Of a stretch of 64,000 nucleotides of DNA, positions 10,120 through 19,417 are shown in pieces. Source of the stretch: a bacterium (GTDB lineage Bacteria > Patescibacteriota > Minisyncoccia > Phycocordibacterales > Phycocordibacteraceae). The stretch spans positions 8,162 through 72,161 of the forward strand of contig JAJZPB010000002.1 in assembly GCA_021811365.1 (NCBI GenBank), read 5' to 3'. Numbering within the stretch: the first letter of the stretch is position 1; every line of letters starts with the position of its first letter. The translations under genes and the position numbers were made by a program. The notes under the pieces were generated by a model. That model saw only the letters and a program-made list of their open reading frames with translations, did no database searches and was not told the DNA's origin.

Positions 10120-11202
10120 TCATTTTTCTGTGGTTTCTGAAAAAAGTTCGAGCACTGCGAGCTCAAGCGGCAGTGCTTGAATCGGCGCATAACGGATGCG
10201 CTCGGAAGCGGTCAGAAATACCAAAAGAACGTTGTGCGTAATTCCCTTTTCGTTTGCAATTTTCTCAAGCGCCACATACTCGTCCTCGCCAAGCTCGTTC
10301 TTAAATGCAGCTCTCATTTCTGGTGCATAGCGAATGAGTAGTACAGCTCGCAGTGTCTCTATAAGAAACTCGAGGAAGAGCTCCATGTCTGCGCCGGACT
10401 GTGCAGCCTTTTCAATGGCGGCAAGTGCAGCTCCGCGCTCGCCCTTGGCGAGCGCGGCTACGAGCGTATGCACGAGCTCGCGCGCTGGAGCGCCCGTAAG
10501 CTTTTCAACATCTTCCCTGCTGAGAGCTGCAGGATTCTTCTTCGACACTCCAATGGCATCCGAAGCTCCTTGTAGCGGCACAAGCGCGCGCTGTAAAATC
10601 GAAAGTGCATCGCGATACGAACCGTCAGCCAGTCGCGCAACCAAGTCTGCTGCATCAGCGTGAAGTGTATAGCCTTCTTTTTTTGCCACATTTGTAACAA
10701 CCGCAGCAAGCTCTGCACGATTTGGTTTTTTAAATTCAAACACTTGGCAGCGCGACTGGACCGTCTCCGGAACACGCTCAAGCTCAGTCGTAGCAAGAAT
10801 GAATACTGCGTGCCCGGGCGGTTCTTCGAGCGTTTTTAAAAATGCGTTCCATGCCGCTTTAGAAAGCATGTGTACTTCGTCAAGAATATATACTTTATAG
10901 TCAGAACCGAACGGCAATGTGTACACGCCCTCAGCGAGCGCGCGAACGTCTTCGACGCTATTGCTCGAGGCAGCATCGATTTCGTGCACGTCGTGTTCAT
11001 CGTAACGGCCTCTATTTATCTCTCGTGCGAAGATACGCGCAACGCTTGTTTTACCGAGTCCACGGCTTCCCGAAAAAAGATACGCGTGGCCAACTTTCCC
11101 CGCGCGCAGCGCCTCCGCAAGCGGCCGGGTTACCTGCTCCTGTCCGATCACCTCGTCAAACGAGCTGGGGCGATATTTGCGATAAAGCGACTCATGCGCC
11201 AT
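10120..11202 (-). CDS. dnaX: DNA polymerase III subunit gamma/tau (short form)
   Basis: YRPSSFDEVIGQE, Walker A GSRGLGKTS, DEVHML and SRC motifs, with AAA+ clamp-loader architecture. Only 360 aa, so no tau extension. Confidence 0.9.
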   Translation of the reverse strand: MAHESLYRKYRPSSFDEVIGQEQVTRPLAEALRAGKVGHAYLFSGSRGLGKTSVARIFAREINRGRYDEHDVHEIDAASSNSVEDVRALAEGVYTLPFGSDYKVYILDEVHMLSKAAWNAFLKTLEEPPGHAVFILATTELERVPETVQSRCQVFEFKKPNRAELAAVVTNVAKKEGYTLHADAADLVARLADGSYRDALSILQRALVPLQGASDAIGVSKKNPAALSREDVEKLTGAPARELVHTLVAALAKGERGAALAAIEKAAQSGADMELFLEFLIETLRAVLLIRYAPEMRAAFKNELGEDEYVALEKIANEKGITHNVLLVFLTASERIRYAPIQALPLELAVLELFSETTEK

Positions 11203-11220
11203 GGAACCAGTATATAGCTG

Positions 11221-12198
11221 CTACGCGCTGGTGGCTAGAAATGCCTGCGCCTTCGACTCGAGCTGCACTGCATTCTCAGTCGCCATAAGCGCGGCACGCA
11301 GTTCTGCGGCGCCATCAAAGCCGGTGACAAACGCTTTTATATGCTTTTTCAGTATCGAAAAGTTCTTTGCCGGACGAAGCGACTCAAAAGCATGCGCAAG
11401 CTTAGTAAGTGCTGCAAGTTTTTCACCGAGCGATATATCCTCCCTCGTACGTCCGGCAAAAACCCATGGGTTTCCAAACATGCCGCGGCCAATCATGACG
11501 CCATCAGCACCGCTTGCCCGTGCCTTTGCGCGAGCATCGTCGAGGTTCGTCACGTCGCCGTTGCCGAGCAGCAACACTTCCGGTGCAAGCGCATCACGTA
11601 GCGCAACCGCCTTTTGCATAAGCCCCCAGTTTGCTGGCACGAGCGACATTTCTTTGCGTGTACGCAGGTGAAGCGTCACGGCATCGGGCCCAGCAGCGAA
11701 GAGCGCAGGCAGCCACTCGTCGAGCGATTCTTTGCTATAGCCCACGCGCGTTTTCACTGACACGGGCAAACCGGCGCTTTTTGCCGAAGCAACGATCTCC
11801 TGAGCAACTTTCGGCGTCTTAATCATTGCCGACCCGCAACCCTGCCGTTCAATGGCACGGTCTGGGCAGCCCATGTTGATATCAATACCATCGAAGCCGA
11901 GCCTTGCAACGAGCTGCGCGGCATACGCCATGGTTTTCGAGTCGCTTGAAAAAAGCTGGGCGACGATAGGTCGTTCACCTTCGGTGAACGCAAGGTCGCG
12001 CATGAGCGGATTCTCTTCGTCTGGCATTTTTGCCTTCTCGCGGGTGTGATAGAGGCCGTCGGCTGAAACGAATTCTGTCCACGTGACATCCGGCTTGCCG
12101 TAGGTTGCAAGCAGCGCGCGAAAAGCCGAGTCGGTGACGTCTGCCATGGGAGCAGACACAAAAAAAGGCCTTGGTAGGCGGTGCCAAAACGATTGCAT
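11221..12198 (-). CDS. tRNA-dihydrouridine synthase (Dus family, DusB-like)
   Basis: APMADVTDSAFR, DINMGCP with a catalytic Cys, and a TIM-barrel FMN-binding pattern. Confidence 0.9.
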   Translation of the reverse strand: MQSFWHRLPRPFFVSAPMADVTDSAFRALLATYGKPDVTWTEFVSADGLYHTREKAKMPDEENPLMRDLAFTEGERPIVAQLFSSDSKTMAYAAQLVARLGFDGIDINMGCPDRAIERQGCGSAMIKTPKVAQEIVASAKSAGLPVSVKTRVGYSKESLDEWLPALFAAGPDAVTLHLRTRKEMSLVPANWGLMQKAVALRDALAPEVLLLGNGDVTNLDDARAKARASGADGVMIGRGMFGNPWVFAGRTREDISLGEKLAALTKLAHAFESLRPAKNFSILKKHIKAFVTGFDGAAELRAALMATENAVQLESKAQAFLATSA

Positions 12199-12270
12199 AC
12201 GGACATCCTACCACAAGGGTTGACAACACGCAGCTATGTAGTGTTAGGTATCGCAACTAAGCGGTGCCAC

Positions 12271-13278
12271 TTAGCCGCCTCCATGCGGAGCGGCGGTATT
12301 CTTTTTTACGTACACCTTGCCGCTGAAGCGCAGGTCGACATAGTCGATAGACCCATCTGCGAGGTTAATGTCCTGCCGTGCCGCAGTCAGCGCTGAGAGG
12401 GCTTGCGTGGCGTCGGCTAACAGATACTTCACCACGGTTCCAGACGCAAGCGTGTCGTCAACCTCTCCGTTTTGAATAGAAATAATTCGCACGACGGATC
12501 CGAATGGCGTAAGTTCCTGCGCAAATGAAAAAACTTGGGGGAATGCGGCTGCATTCGGCAGCGTCACGCCGATTGGCCCGACCGTACTCGTGGCCAGAGG
12601 CTCGTATACCACGTACGAATCAAGAGGCTGCGTTGACCCCCCGCTCGATACTGGCGCCGTAACCGCAGCAGCTATCTGCGTAGAGACGCTTGAAGTCGCA
12701 GTCGAAGTCGCAACAATAGTCGTCTGTCTGGTAAGCGGTGTGGTCGTGGCAAAAAGGAAACCGCTCGGATCAAATACGTAACACTGCTGGAACGCAGGAG
12801 TGCTGTCTGCTCCGCACCAGCGCGCAAGCGCGACCCTATCCGTCACAGTGATCCGCAAAGCGTTTCCTCCGAAACGATGCAAAGAAACGGCCGCGATGCT
12901 TGGATCACTTGACATGAGAGCTTGTCGGACGCTTCCCGCTGGATAAAAAAATACCGAGTTGCGCGGAATCAGGTGAAAGTACGTTCCGCGCATCGCACGC
13001 TGCGCGGTCGCTGTCATGGTGCTAGTGCCGCCTGATACAACCACCTGAGATAACCGCACCGACGGTTGCCAGAGACCCCATAGCGCAACTCCCAAAAGGA
13101 GTATTCCAAGGAGGACTTCTGCTGCATGCCTATAACGGCGGCGGCGTTTCCGCCGATCGGAGAGTCGCTTCGTCAGCGCGTGGCCGCGGCTACGCCGGGC
13201 CGATGATCTCTTTTCCAACATACGGAACCAGCGCTTCCGGCACCCGTATCGTGCCGTCTTCTTGCTGATAGTTCTCAA
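12271..13278 (-). CDS. FtsQ/DivIB-like cell division protein (POTRA domain)
   Basis: Basic cytoplasmic N-terminus, a single TM (LLGILLLGVALWGLW), then a POTRA-like beta-rich periplasmic domain. The start is uncertain; the 5' end overlaps the serS stop. Confidence 0.6.
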   Translation of the reverse strand: MRTISKKTARYGCRKRWFRMLEKRSSARRSRGHALTKRLSDRRKRRRRYRHAAEVLLGILLLGVALWGLWQPSVRLSQVVVSGGTSTMTATAQRAMRGTYFHLIPRNSVFFYPAGSVRQALMSSDPSIAAVSLHRFGGNALRITVTDRVALARWCGADSTPAFQQCYVFDPSGFLFATTTPLTRQTTIVATSTATSSVSTQIAAAVTAPVSSGGSTQPLDSYVVYEPLATSTVGPIGVTLPNAAAFPQVFSFAQELTPFGSVVRIISIQNGEVDDTLASGTVVKYLLADATQALSALTAARQDINLADGSIDYVDLRFSGKVYVKKNTAAPHGGG

Positions 13279-14455
13279 CTATCGAAACAAGAATGCGCGG
13301 AGTCGGAATGGCCGTTGAGTTGAGCGAGTGCGCGAAGCGCAGCGTGCCTTCAGCGTCTCGATACCGGATATTGAGGCGGCGTGTTTGGAAGTCGTGGAAA
13401 TACGACGCGGAGCTAATCTCGCGGTACGTCTTCTCGCCCGGCACCCAGAGTTCGATGTCGTACTTCTTAACCTGTCCGAGACCGAGGTCGCCGCCGCAGT
13501 TCACCACGGTGTGGTACGGGATCTTAAGAAGCTCGATAAATTCTTCAGTGTTGCGGTTAATCGCCGTATGCAACTGCACCGACTCGTCGTGCTCCGCCTT
13601 GCAGAGCACAACCTGCTCCCATTTAAAAAATTCGTGTACACGAATGAGTCCACGCACGTCTTTCCCGTGCGCGCCCGCTTCTCTGCGGAAACAGGGTGAA
13701 AACGCGAGAAATTGTATCGGCAGCTTCTCTAAGTCGAGCGTCTCGTCCATGTGGTATCCCATGGTGGCCACCTCTCCCGTACCCGCAAGGAAATCGCCGT
13801 CCTGTGTTTTGTAGAGATCCTCCTCTCCTTGTGGCAGATAGCCCGTGCCGAGAAACGTTTCGCGGCGTACAAGGGACGGTACGATCATGGGCGAAAGCCC
13901 TTTGCTTGAAAAATGCTTGAGCGCCAGTTGCCAAACCGCGTTCGTAAGCAGTACTCCGTCGCCCTTCAGAAAGTAGCCACGAAACCCTGCAACTTTCGAA
14001 CCCCGTTCGAAGTCCACCATACCGAGATTCGTCATGAGCTCAACGTGTCCTTTCGGCTCAAAAGCGAACTGCGTAGGCTCGCCCCATTTTTTTACCTCCT
14101 TGTTATCTGAGTCATCATCGCCGTCCGGGACGCTGATGTCCGGGACATTCGGTACCGAAAGCATAAGGCGCTGCCACTCCTCCATCACTGTCTTGAGCCG
14201 TTCTTCACTTTCCTGCATGCCCACCTTAAGTTGCCGCATCGCCTCTACAAGATTCTCGCGCGCGGCTCCCTGCGCGCGCTGTATGTCGCTAGAATGACGG
14301 TTCTGTTCAGCTTTTTTAGTATCTATTTCAAACCGCAGCGCGCGGCGTTCGTCGTCTACCACCAAAAGGCGGTCAATATCTACCTCGATGTGCTTTTTAA
14401 CCGCACCGGCTTTGACGATGTCCGCGTTTTCCCGGATGAACTTAATATCGAGCAT
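13190..14455 (-). CDS. serS: Seryl-tRNA synthetase
   Basis: N-terminal coiled-coil arm plus a class II core with motifs FRxE and GLGxxR (FRREAGAHGKDVRGLIRVHEF, GDLGLG). Confidence 0.95.
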   Translation of the reverse strand: MLDIKFIRENADIVKAGAVKKHIEVDIDRLLVVDDERRALRFEIDTKKAEQNRHSSDIQRAQGAARENLVEAMRQLKVGMQESEERLKTVMEEWQRLMLSVPNVPDISVPDGDDDSDNKEVKKWGEPTQFAFEPKGHVELMTNLGMVDFERGSKVAGFRGYFLKGDGVLLTNAVWQLALKHFSSKGLSPMIVPSLVRRETFLGTGYLPQGEEDLYKTQDGDFLAGTGEVATMGYHMDETLDLEKLPIQFLAFSPCFRREAGAHGKDVRGLIRVHEFFKWEQVVLCKAEHDESVQLHTAINRNTEEFIELLKIPYHTVVNCGGDLGLGQVKKYDIELWVPGEKTYREISSASYFHDFQTRRLNIRYRDAEGTLRFAHSLNSTAIPTPRILVSIVENYQQEDGTIRVPEALVPYVGKEIIGPA

Positions 14456-14551
14456 GGTAGTGTCATTCTACGGCATTATTGCGACCACGAAAAGCGCCGT
14501 ACGGGGATTTGCACCGATTGCGGATTCGGCCCGGTTTATACTCAGTACGCA

Positions 14552-15430
14552 ATGGATGCGACTGATGAGATTAGACTACTGCGGCGCGAGGAGTTTCCAC
14601 CCGAGCTACTCGAGTTGCCCGACCCGCCCGAACAGTTGTGGCTGCGGGGTGCACCCATCCCCGTACGCGTTGCACGCTTAGCTATCGTTGGCAGCCGCGC
14701 GCTCAGCTCGTACGGACGCGAGGCGTGCCAGACCCTCGTAGCCGGCCTTGCCGGCTACCCTATTGCGATCATTTCAGGTCTTGCTCTTGGCGCTGATGCC
14801 TGCGCGCACCGCGCGGCGCTTACCGCAGGACTGCCGGTTATTGCCGTTCCGGGCTCAGGTCTCGGCGATGACGCGCTCTACCCGCGCGCTAACTATGCGC
14901 TCGCACAGGACATTCTTGCGTCCGGCGGCACGCTTCTTTCCGAACACGAGCCATCGCACAAAGCGCGCGTGTACGACTTTCCGTCACGCAATCGCATTAT
15001 GGTCGGACTTGCTGACGCAGTACTGGTCATCGAGGCGGGCCAAAAATCCGGGACACTCATAACTGCGCGACTGGCAAGCGAATACAACCGCGAACTGCTT
15101 TTCGTGCCGCACCGCATCGGTGATCCGCACGGCTTCGGCGCACACCTTTTTTTACGCCTTGGCGCTGCACTTGCCGCAGAGCCGCGGCACATCCTTGAAG
15201 CCTTGCGCATACCGCCTCGGGAAGAAGCATTGGCGACAGAAATGCCAAGACTCGAGGGCGCGGACTTGCGCGTATGGGAGCTTCTCGCTGAACCTCGCTC
15301 GCGCGACGAGCTTTTGCGCGCCGGCAGAGCCAGCGCGCACCATGCAGCGGGCGACTTGCTTACCGCACTCATTTCGCTTGAACTGCGCGGCTTGGTCCGT
15401 GAAGAGTTCGGAGCCTGGCGGCGCACGTGA
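14552..15430 (+). CDS. dprA: DNA-processing protein DprA (Smf)
   Basis: Rossmann-like DprA core with IVGSR...ISGLALGADA...HR motifs. Start at MDATDEIRL (14552) so it does not run across the divergent serS start. Confidence 0.9.
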   Translation: MDATDEIRLLRREEFPPELLELPDPPEQLWLRGAPIPVRVARLAIVGSRALSSYGREACQTLVAGLAGYPIAIISGLALGADACAHRAALTAGLPVIAVPGSGLGDDALYPRANYALAQDILASGGTLLSEHEPSHKARVYDFPSRNRIMVGLADAVLVIEAGQKSGTLITARLASEYNRELLFVPHRIGDPHGFGAHLFLRLGAALAAEPRHILEALRIPPREEALATEMPRLEGADLRVWELLAEPRSRDELLRAGRASAHHAAGDLLTALISLELRGLVREEFGAWRRT

Positions 15431-15449
15431 ACTCCTCTGCACTTCCCCC

Positions 15450-16307
15450 ATGAAGGTACTCTCCTGGAATATGCTTTTTACCAATTCGCACCTGGAGCGC
15501 GCGCTGGCTTTTTTGCGCAGCGCTGATGCAGACATCATTTGTTTGCAAGAAGTGCCGAAGCAGTTTCTTCTGCAGCTACGCGCGCTTCCGTACGAACTCG
15601 TAAGCGCCCAGGAAATCGAGCGCGTACACCGCAGCGGTCGTTCGGCTCAGTACCTTGTAATACTCTCCCGCTACCCAATCCGGCGACGGCAAGCAGTGCG
15701 GCTCCCTTTGCGCGATACGCACGACCCGTTGCGTACACGCCTTTTTGTTCGCGTAATGCGAGCGCTCGGCGTGTGGGCGCAAGGCGTAGGCGATCGCCAC
15801 GCACTTATTGCCGACCTCGACACGCACGACGGCATCGTGCGCGTTTTTAACCTGCACCTGCCGCTTCACCGCTTCGCATGGCGGCAAGAGGAGTTCGAGC
15901 TTGCCCTGGCAGAACGGGACGCAACCATACCCACAATCGTCTGCGGCGATTTCAACACACTCGAGTCGCGCCGCATTGCGGTTCTGAGCTGGCTACTGGG
16001 CGGGCGATTCGCGAGCGCCGTCCGCTGGCGACGCGAACGCACAAACATGCAGGAGCGATTTGACGCACACGGCCTCACCAACCCGCTACGCGGCCGCATC
16101 ACGCATCCGCTTTCTAACAGCCAACTCGATCACATCCTCGCCTCGAAACATTTTTTCGTTGGCGAGTCAGCGGCGCAGCGGGAAACAATCGGTTCAGACC
16201 ACCGACCCATTTTCGCCGTACTTTCTCGCTTTCCCATAGCGCAAACAAACGACAACCACGAAGACAGAGGCCGCAGCGAGCGCTACGAGCTGATACAGAG
16301 GCGATAG
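15450..16307 (+). CDS. Endonuclease/exonuclease/phosphatase (EEP) family protein
   Basis: MKVLSWNMLF...DIICLQEV...GDFN...SDHRPI are EEP hallmarks. Start at the ATG at 15450, immediately after the dprA stop. Confidence 0.8.
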   Translation: MKVLSWNMLFTNSHLERALAFLRSADADIICLQEVPKQFLLQLRALPYELVSAQEIERVHRSGRSAQYLVILSRYPIRRRQAVRLPLRDTHDPLRTRLFVRVMRALGVWAQGVGDRHALIADLDTHDGIVRVFNLHLPLHRFAWRQEEFELALAERDATIPTIVCGDFNTLESRRIAVLSWLLGGRFASAVRWRRERTNMQERFDAHGLTNPLRGRITHPLSNSQLDHILASKHFFVGESAAQRETIGSDHRPIFAVLSRFPIAQTNDNHEDRGRSERYELIQRR

Positions 16308-16847
16308 CGTCCCGACAAACGCAAAATAAAATCCGAACGGCGAGACGCCGATCGCCGTTGCGAGAACATACTGCCACGACGGAATCGGTGCGAACAGCCC
16401 GAGCGCATAACTGAGCAAGTCTACCGGTACGAGCATCCGCAGTACGATTACCGACCAAAAAAGATTTGTCCGAGGTACTCGACGACGCAGCTGCTCGACT
16501 GCTCTTTTCCCCGCAATCATGCTCACGAGCGGAGTCCCGTACCGCCGCGCAAGCGCAAAAGATATGCTCGCGCCGATGGTCCAGCCTGTGATGCTCATGA
16601 GGGCCGTCGCGACCGGCCCGTACAGAACTACCCCGAGCGGCACGAGAAGCACCAAATCTAGCGGAATGAAAAAAATCTCGAAGCACATGGTAAGGAGTAC
16701 GAACGCGACCATGCCACTTACTCCGCCACTTCCCACGGCTGTAGCGAGCGTACCGCTGTACGAATGCGCAAGGAACGAGACGAGCACAAAAACAGCCACA
16801 ACCGCTAGCATGGTGCCTACCTGGCGCACGCCCAGCCGCCCGTTCAT
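16194..16847 (-). CDS. TVP38/TMEM64 (DedA-like, SNARE-associated) family membrane protein
   Basis: Multi-TM protein with the ITGWTIGASISFALARRYG motif typical of TVP38/TMEM64. The 3' end overlaps the convergent EEP gene by about 110 nt. Confidence 0.75.
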   Translation of the reverse strand: MNGRLGVRQVGTMLAVVAVFVLVSFLAHSYSGTLATAVGSGGVSGMVAFVLLTMCFEIFFIPLDLVLLVPLGVVLYGPVATALMSITGWTIGASISFALARRYGTPLVSMIAGKRAVEQLRRRVPRTNLFWSVIVLRMLVPVDLLSYALGLFAPIPSWQYVLATAIGVSPFGFYFAFVGTLSPLYQLVALAAASVFVVVVCLRYGKARKYGENGSVV

Positions 16848-16955
16848 GTGTCTAGTATACCCTTAGAAATACTGCAGTTTCTGAATCCTGAAGCCGTTCT
16901 CCCCACACCCGCCGAGGTTGACTATATAGAGGTATGCACGGTATGAGTTGAAATC

Positions 16956-19340
16956 ATGGCAAAGCAATTACTCATAGTGGAGTCGCCCACCAAGGCGCGA
17001 ACCATCGGCCAGTACGTCGGAAAGGAGTACGACGTGCTGGCCTCTGTGGGCCACGTGCGCGACCTTCCCAAAAGCAACAAAGACGCCGTTGACATCCCGG
17101 GCGGTTTCGTCCCGCACTACGTCGTGTCCCCGGACAAGCGAGATATCATCGAAAAGATTAGAGCTGCAGCGGCTAAGGCGAGTGTTGTGTATCTTGCAAC
17201 CGACCCCGACCGAGAGGGCGAAGCGATTGCCTGGCACCTCAAAGAGGCAGTAAACCTAAAAAAGCCAAAACGCGTCGTTTTCCACGAAATTACAAAAAGC
17301 GCGATCGAGGAAGCACTCAAACACCCGCGCGAAATCGACGAGAACTTGCGCCAAGCTCAGGAGGCGCGGCGTGTTCTTGACCGCATTGTCGGATACGACC
17401 TCTCCGGCCTTATTTGGAAAAAGGTACGGTACGGTCTTTCTGCAGGCCGTGTACAGTCGCCAGCGCTCCGTATCCTCGCGGAACGCGAGCGCGAAATCGC
17501 CGCATTCGTACCGGAAACATATTTTGTCATTACTGCCGAGTTTGGAGACACCCACGCAAACCAGTTTCCCGCAACCTGTGTTGAGCAGCCTAAGACGCGC
17601 GAGGAGGCGGACCGCATCGTCTCGCTCGGGAAAGACGCGTCGTGGAAAGTAGCGAACGTAACGGAAAAGTCTGAGGAGCGCAATCCGCGGCCTCCGTTTA
17701 CCACCTCTACCCTGCAACAGACCGCTTCGACGCGTCTCGGATTTGCACCGAGCCGCACCATGCGCGCAGCGCAAAAGCTCTATGAAGCAGGACACATTAC
17801 GTACATGCGGACCGACTCGGTAAACCTTGCCTCGGAAGCGGTGACTAAACTCGCAGCGGTCGTCCAGCAAGGGTTTGGATCGGAATACCTCGAGACACGC
17901 GCATACAAGACGACGAGTAAAAACGCTCAGGAGGCGCACGAAGCGATCCGACCGACTGAGCCCGCGCGCGAACACGCGGGCTCTACGGCAGACGAGCAAA
18001 GCCTCTACGAGCTCATTCGGACGCGTGCAATTGCTTCTCAAATGGCAAGCGCGCGCATCATGCGCACGAGCGTTTCGGCGGAAGCGTCCGCGGACATGCC
18101 GGTCTTTACCGCAAACGGTTCGCGCGTCATGTTCCCCGGATGGCTTGCGCTCGATACACGCGCGCGTGGAGAAGATGTGGAGCTGCCCAAGCTCACGAGT
18201 GGCGAACCGCTTTCCCTTACAACCCTTGACGCGCAGGAGAAGCAGACTGAACCGCCCCATCGCTACACGGAAGCCGGCCTCATTCGCGAACTTGAAAAGC
18301 GCGGCATTGGCCGCCCCTCGACCTATGCGAGCATTATGAAAACTATCCAGGATCGCGGCTATGTGGATCGAACCGGCCGTACGCTCACGCCCACTGCGAC
18401 CGGCATGGTGGTTTCTGGCTGGCTTGAAGAACATTTTCCACAGTATGTGAGCGATTCGTTTACGGCCGAGATGGAGGATGAACTCGACGAAATCGCACGA
18501 GGCGAACGTAGCTATCTTGAGACGCTTTCTGCGTTTTATGGCCCGTTTGAGAAAGAGGTCCGAGAGAAAGACTCCCTCCCAAAGGCAACCGCTCTCGGCG
18601 ATGCGCCGGCCGAGTTTCCCTGTCCGATTTGCGGCAGTCCCATGGAATACAAACTCGGCCGCGGCGGTATCTTCATGAGCTGCAAGCGATACCCAGAATG
18701 CACGGGTGCCCGTACGGAAAGCGGCGGCGAGATCAAAGCAGACGAACCAATTGGCCTGCATCCGCAAACCGGCATGCCGGTGTACGTCAAGACCGGACGT
18801 TTCGGTCCCTATGTCGAGATGCCGCTTACCAATACGGAAGCAAAAGAACCCGTAGACGACGAAGTCAAGCCGAAACGAAAAAAGCGTGCAGCAAAAAAGA
18901 CCGCGCCTCCGGTAAAGCGCGCAAGCATCCCGACAGATAAAAAACCAGAGGAGGTCACGCTGGAGGACGCCGTGAAATACCTGTCACTGCCGCGCGAGCT
19001 GGGCGTCGATCCGAATACTGAAAAGCCAGTTTTTGCGAACACAGGTCGTTTTGGTCCCTATGTTGGTCGAGATGGAGAATTTCGTTCTATCAAAAAAGGC
19101 GACCCGTATACGATCACGTTTGAAGAAGCGCTCAGCCTTCTTGCGCAGCCAAAGCTGCCGCCGCGCGGAGCAGAGATCGTACGCGACATCGGTAAAATGC
19201 CTAAAAGCGGTAAGCCGATCGTACTTTACAAATCAAAACAGGGTCTGTTTTTCAAGAAAGGCCTTCGGCGCATCTACCTTCCGGAAAATACCGATCCGAC
19301 GAGCATTACTCCTGCAGAAGCGGAGGCGTATATAAAGTAG
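16956..19340 (+). CDS. topA: DNA topoisomerase I
   Basis: Toprim N-terminus (LLIVESPTKART), catalytic Tyr region (GHITYMRTDS), C4 zinc ribbons (CPICGSPM...CKRYPEC) and a Lys-rich C-terminal tail. Confidence 0.95.
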   Translation: MAKQLLIVESPTKARTIGQYVGKEYDVLASVGHVRDLPKSNKDAVDIPGGFVPHYVVSPDKRDIIEKIRAAAAKASVVYLATDPDREGEAIAWHLKEAVNLKKPKRVVFHEITKSAIEEALKHPREIDENLRQAQEARRVLDRIVGYDLSGLIWKKVRYGLSAGRVQSPALRILAEREREIAAFVPETYFVITAEFGDTHANQFPATCVEQPKTREEADRIVSLGKDASWKVANVTEKSEERNPRPPFTTSTLQQTASTRLGFAPSRTMRAAQKLYEAGHITYMRTDSVNLASEAVTKLAAVVQQGFGSEYLETRAYKTTSKNAQEAHEAIRPTEPAREHAGSTADEQSLYELIRTRAIASQMASARIMRTSVSAEASADMPVFTANGSRVMFPGWLALDTRARGEDVELPKLTSGEPLSLTTLDAQEKQTEPPHRYTEAGLIRELEKRGIGRPSTYASIMKTIQDRGYVDRTGRTLTPTATGMVVSGWLEEHFPQYVSDSFTAEMEDELDEIARGERSYLETLSAFYGPFEKEVREKDSLPKATALGDAPAEFPCPICGSPMEYKLGRGGIFMSCKRYPECTGARTESGGEIKADEPIGLHPQTGMPVYVKTGRFGPYVEMPLTNTEAKEPVDDEVKPKRKKRAAKKTAPPVKRASIPTDKKPEEVTLEDAVKYLSLPRELGVDPNTEKPVFANTGRFGPYVGRDGEFRSIKKGDPYTITFEEALSLLAQPKLPPRGAEIVRDIGKMPKSGKPIVLYKSKQGLFFKKGLRRIYLPENTDPTSITPAEAEAYIK

Positions 19341-19417
19341 CGTAGCTGCATAGAACGGAGTAGTGCCAGTCGTACTTTCACTTTACTCTTGCCAGAATAG
19401 CGCTATTATAGCGCTTC

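Noticed and set aside
14893-15426. 177-aa minus-strand ORF inside dprA
   Set aside because: Antisense to dprA, Ser/Arg/Ala-rich, no recognisable features.
17256-18767. 503-aa minus-strand ORF inside topA
   Set aside because: It lies entirely antisense to a well-supported topoisomerase I gene. Its translation is Arg/Cys/Phe-rich with no domain-like pattern, a typical high-GC antisense artefact.
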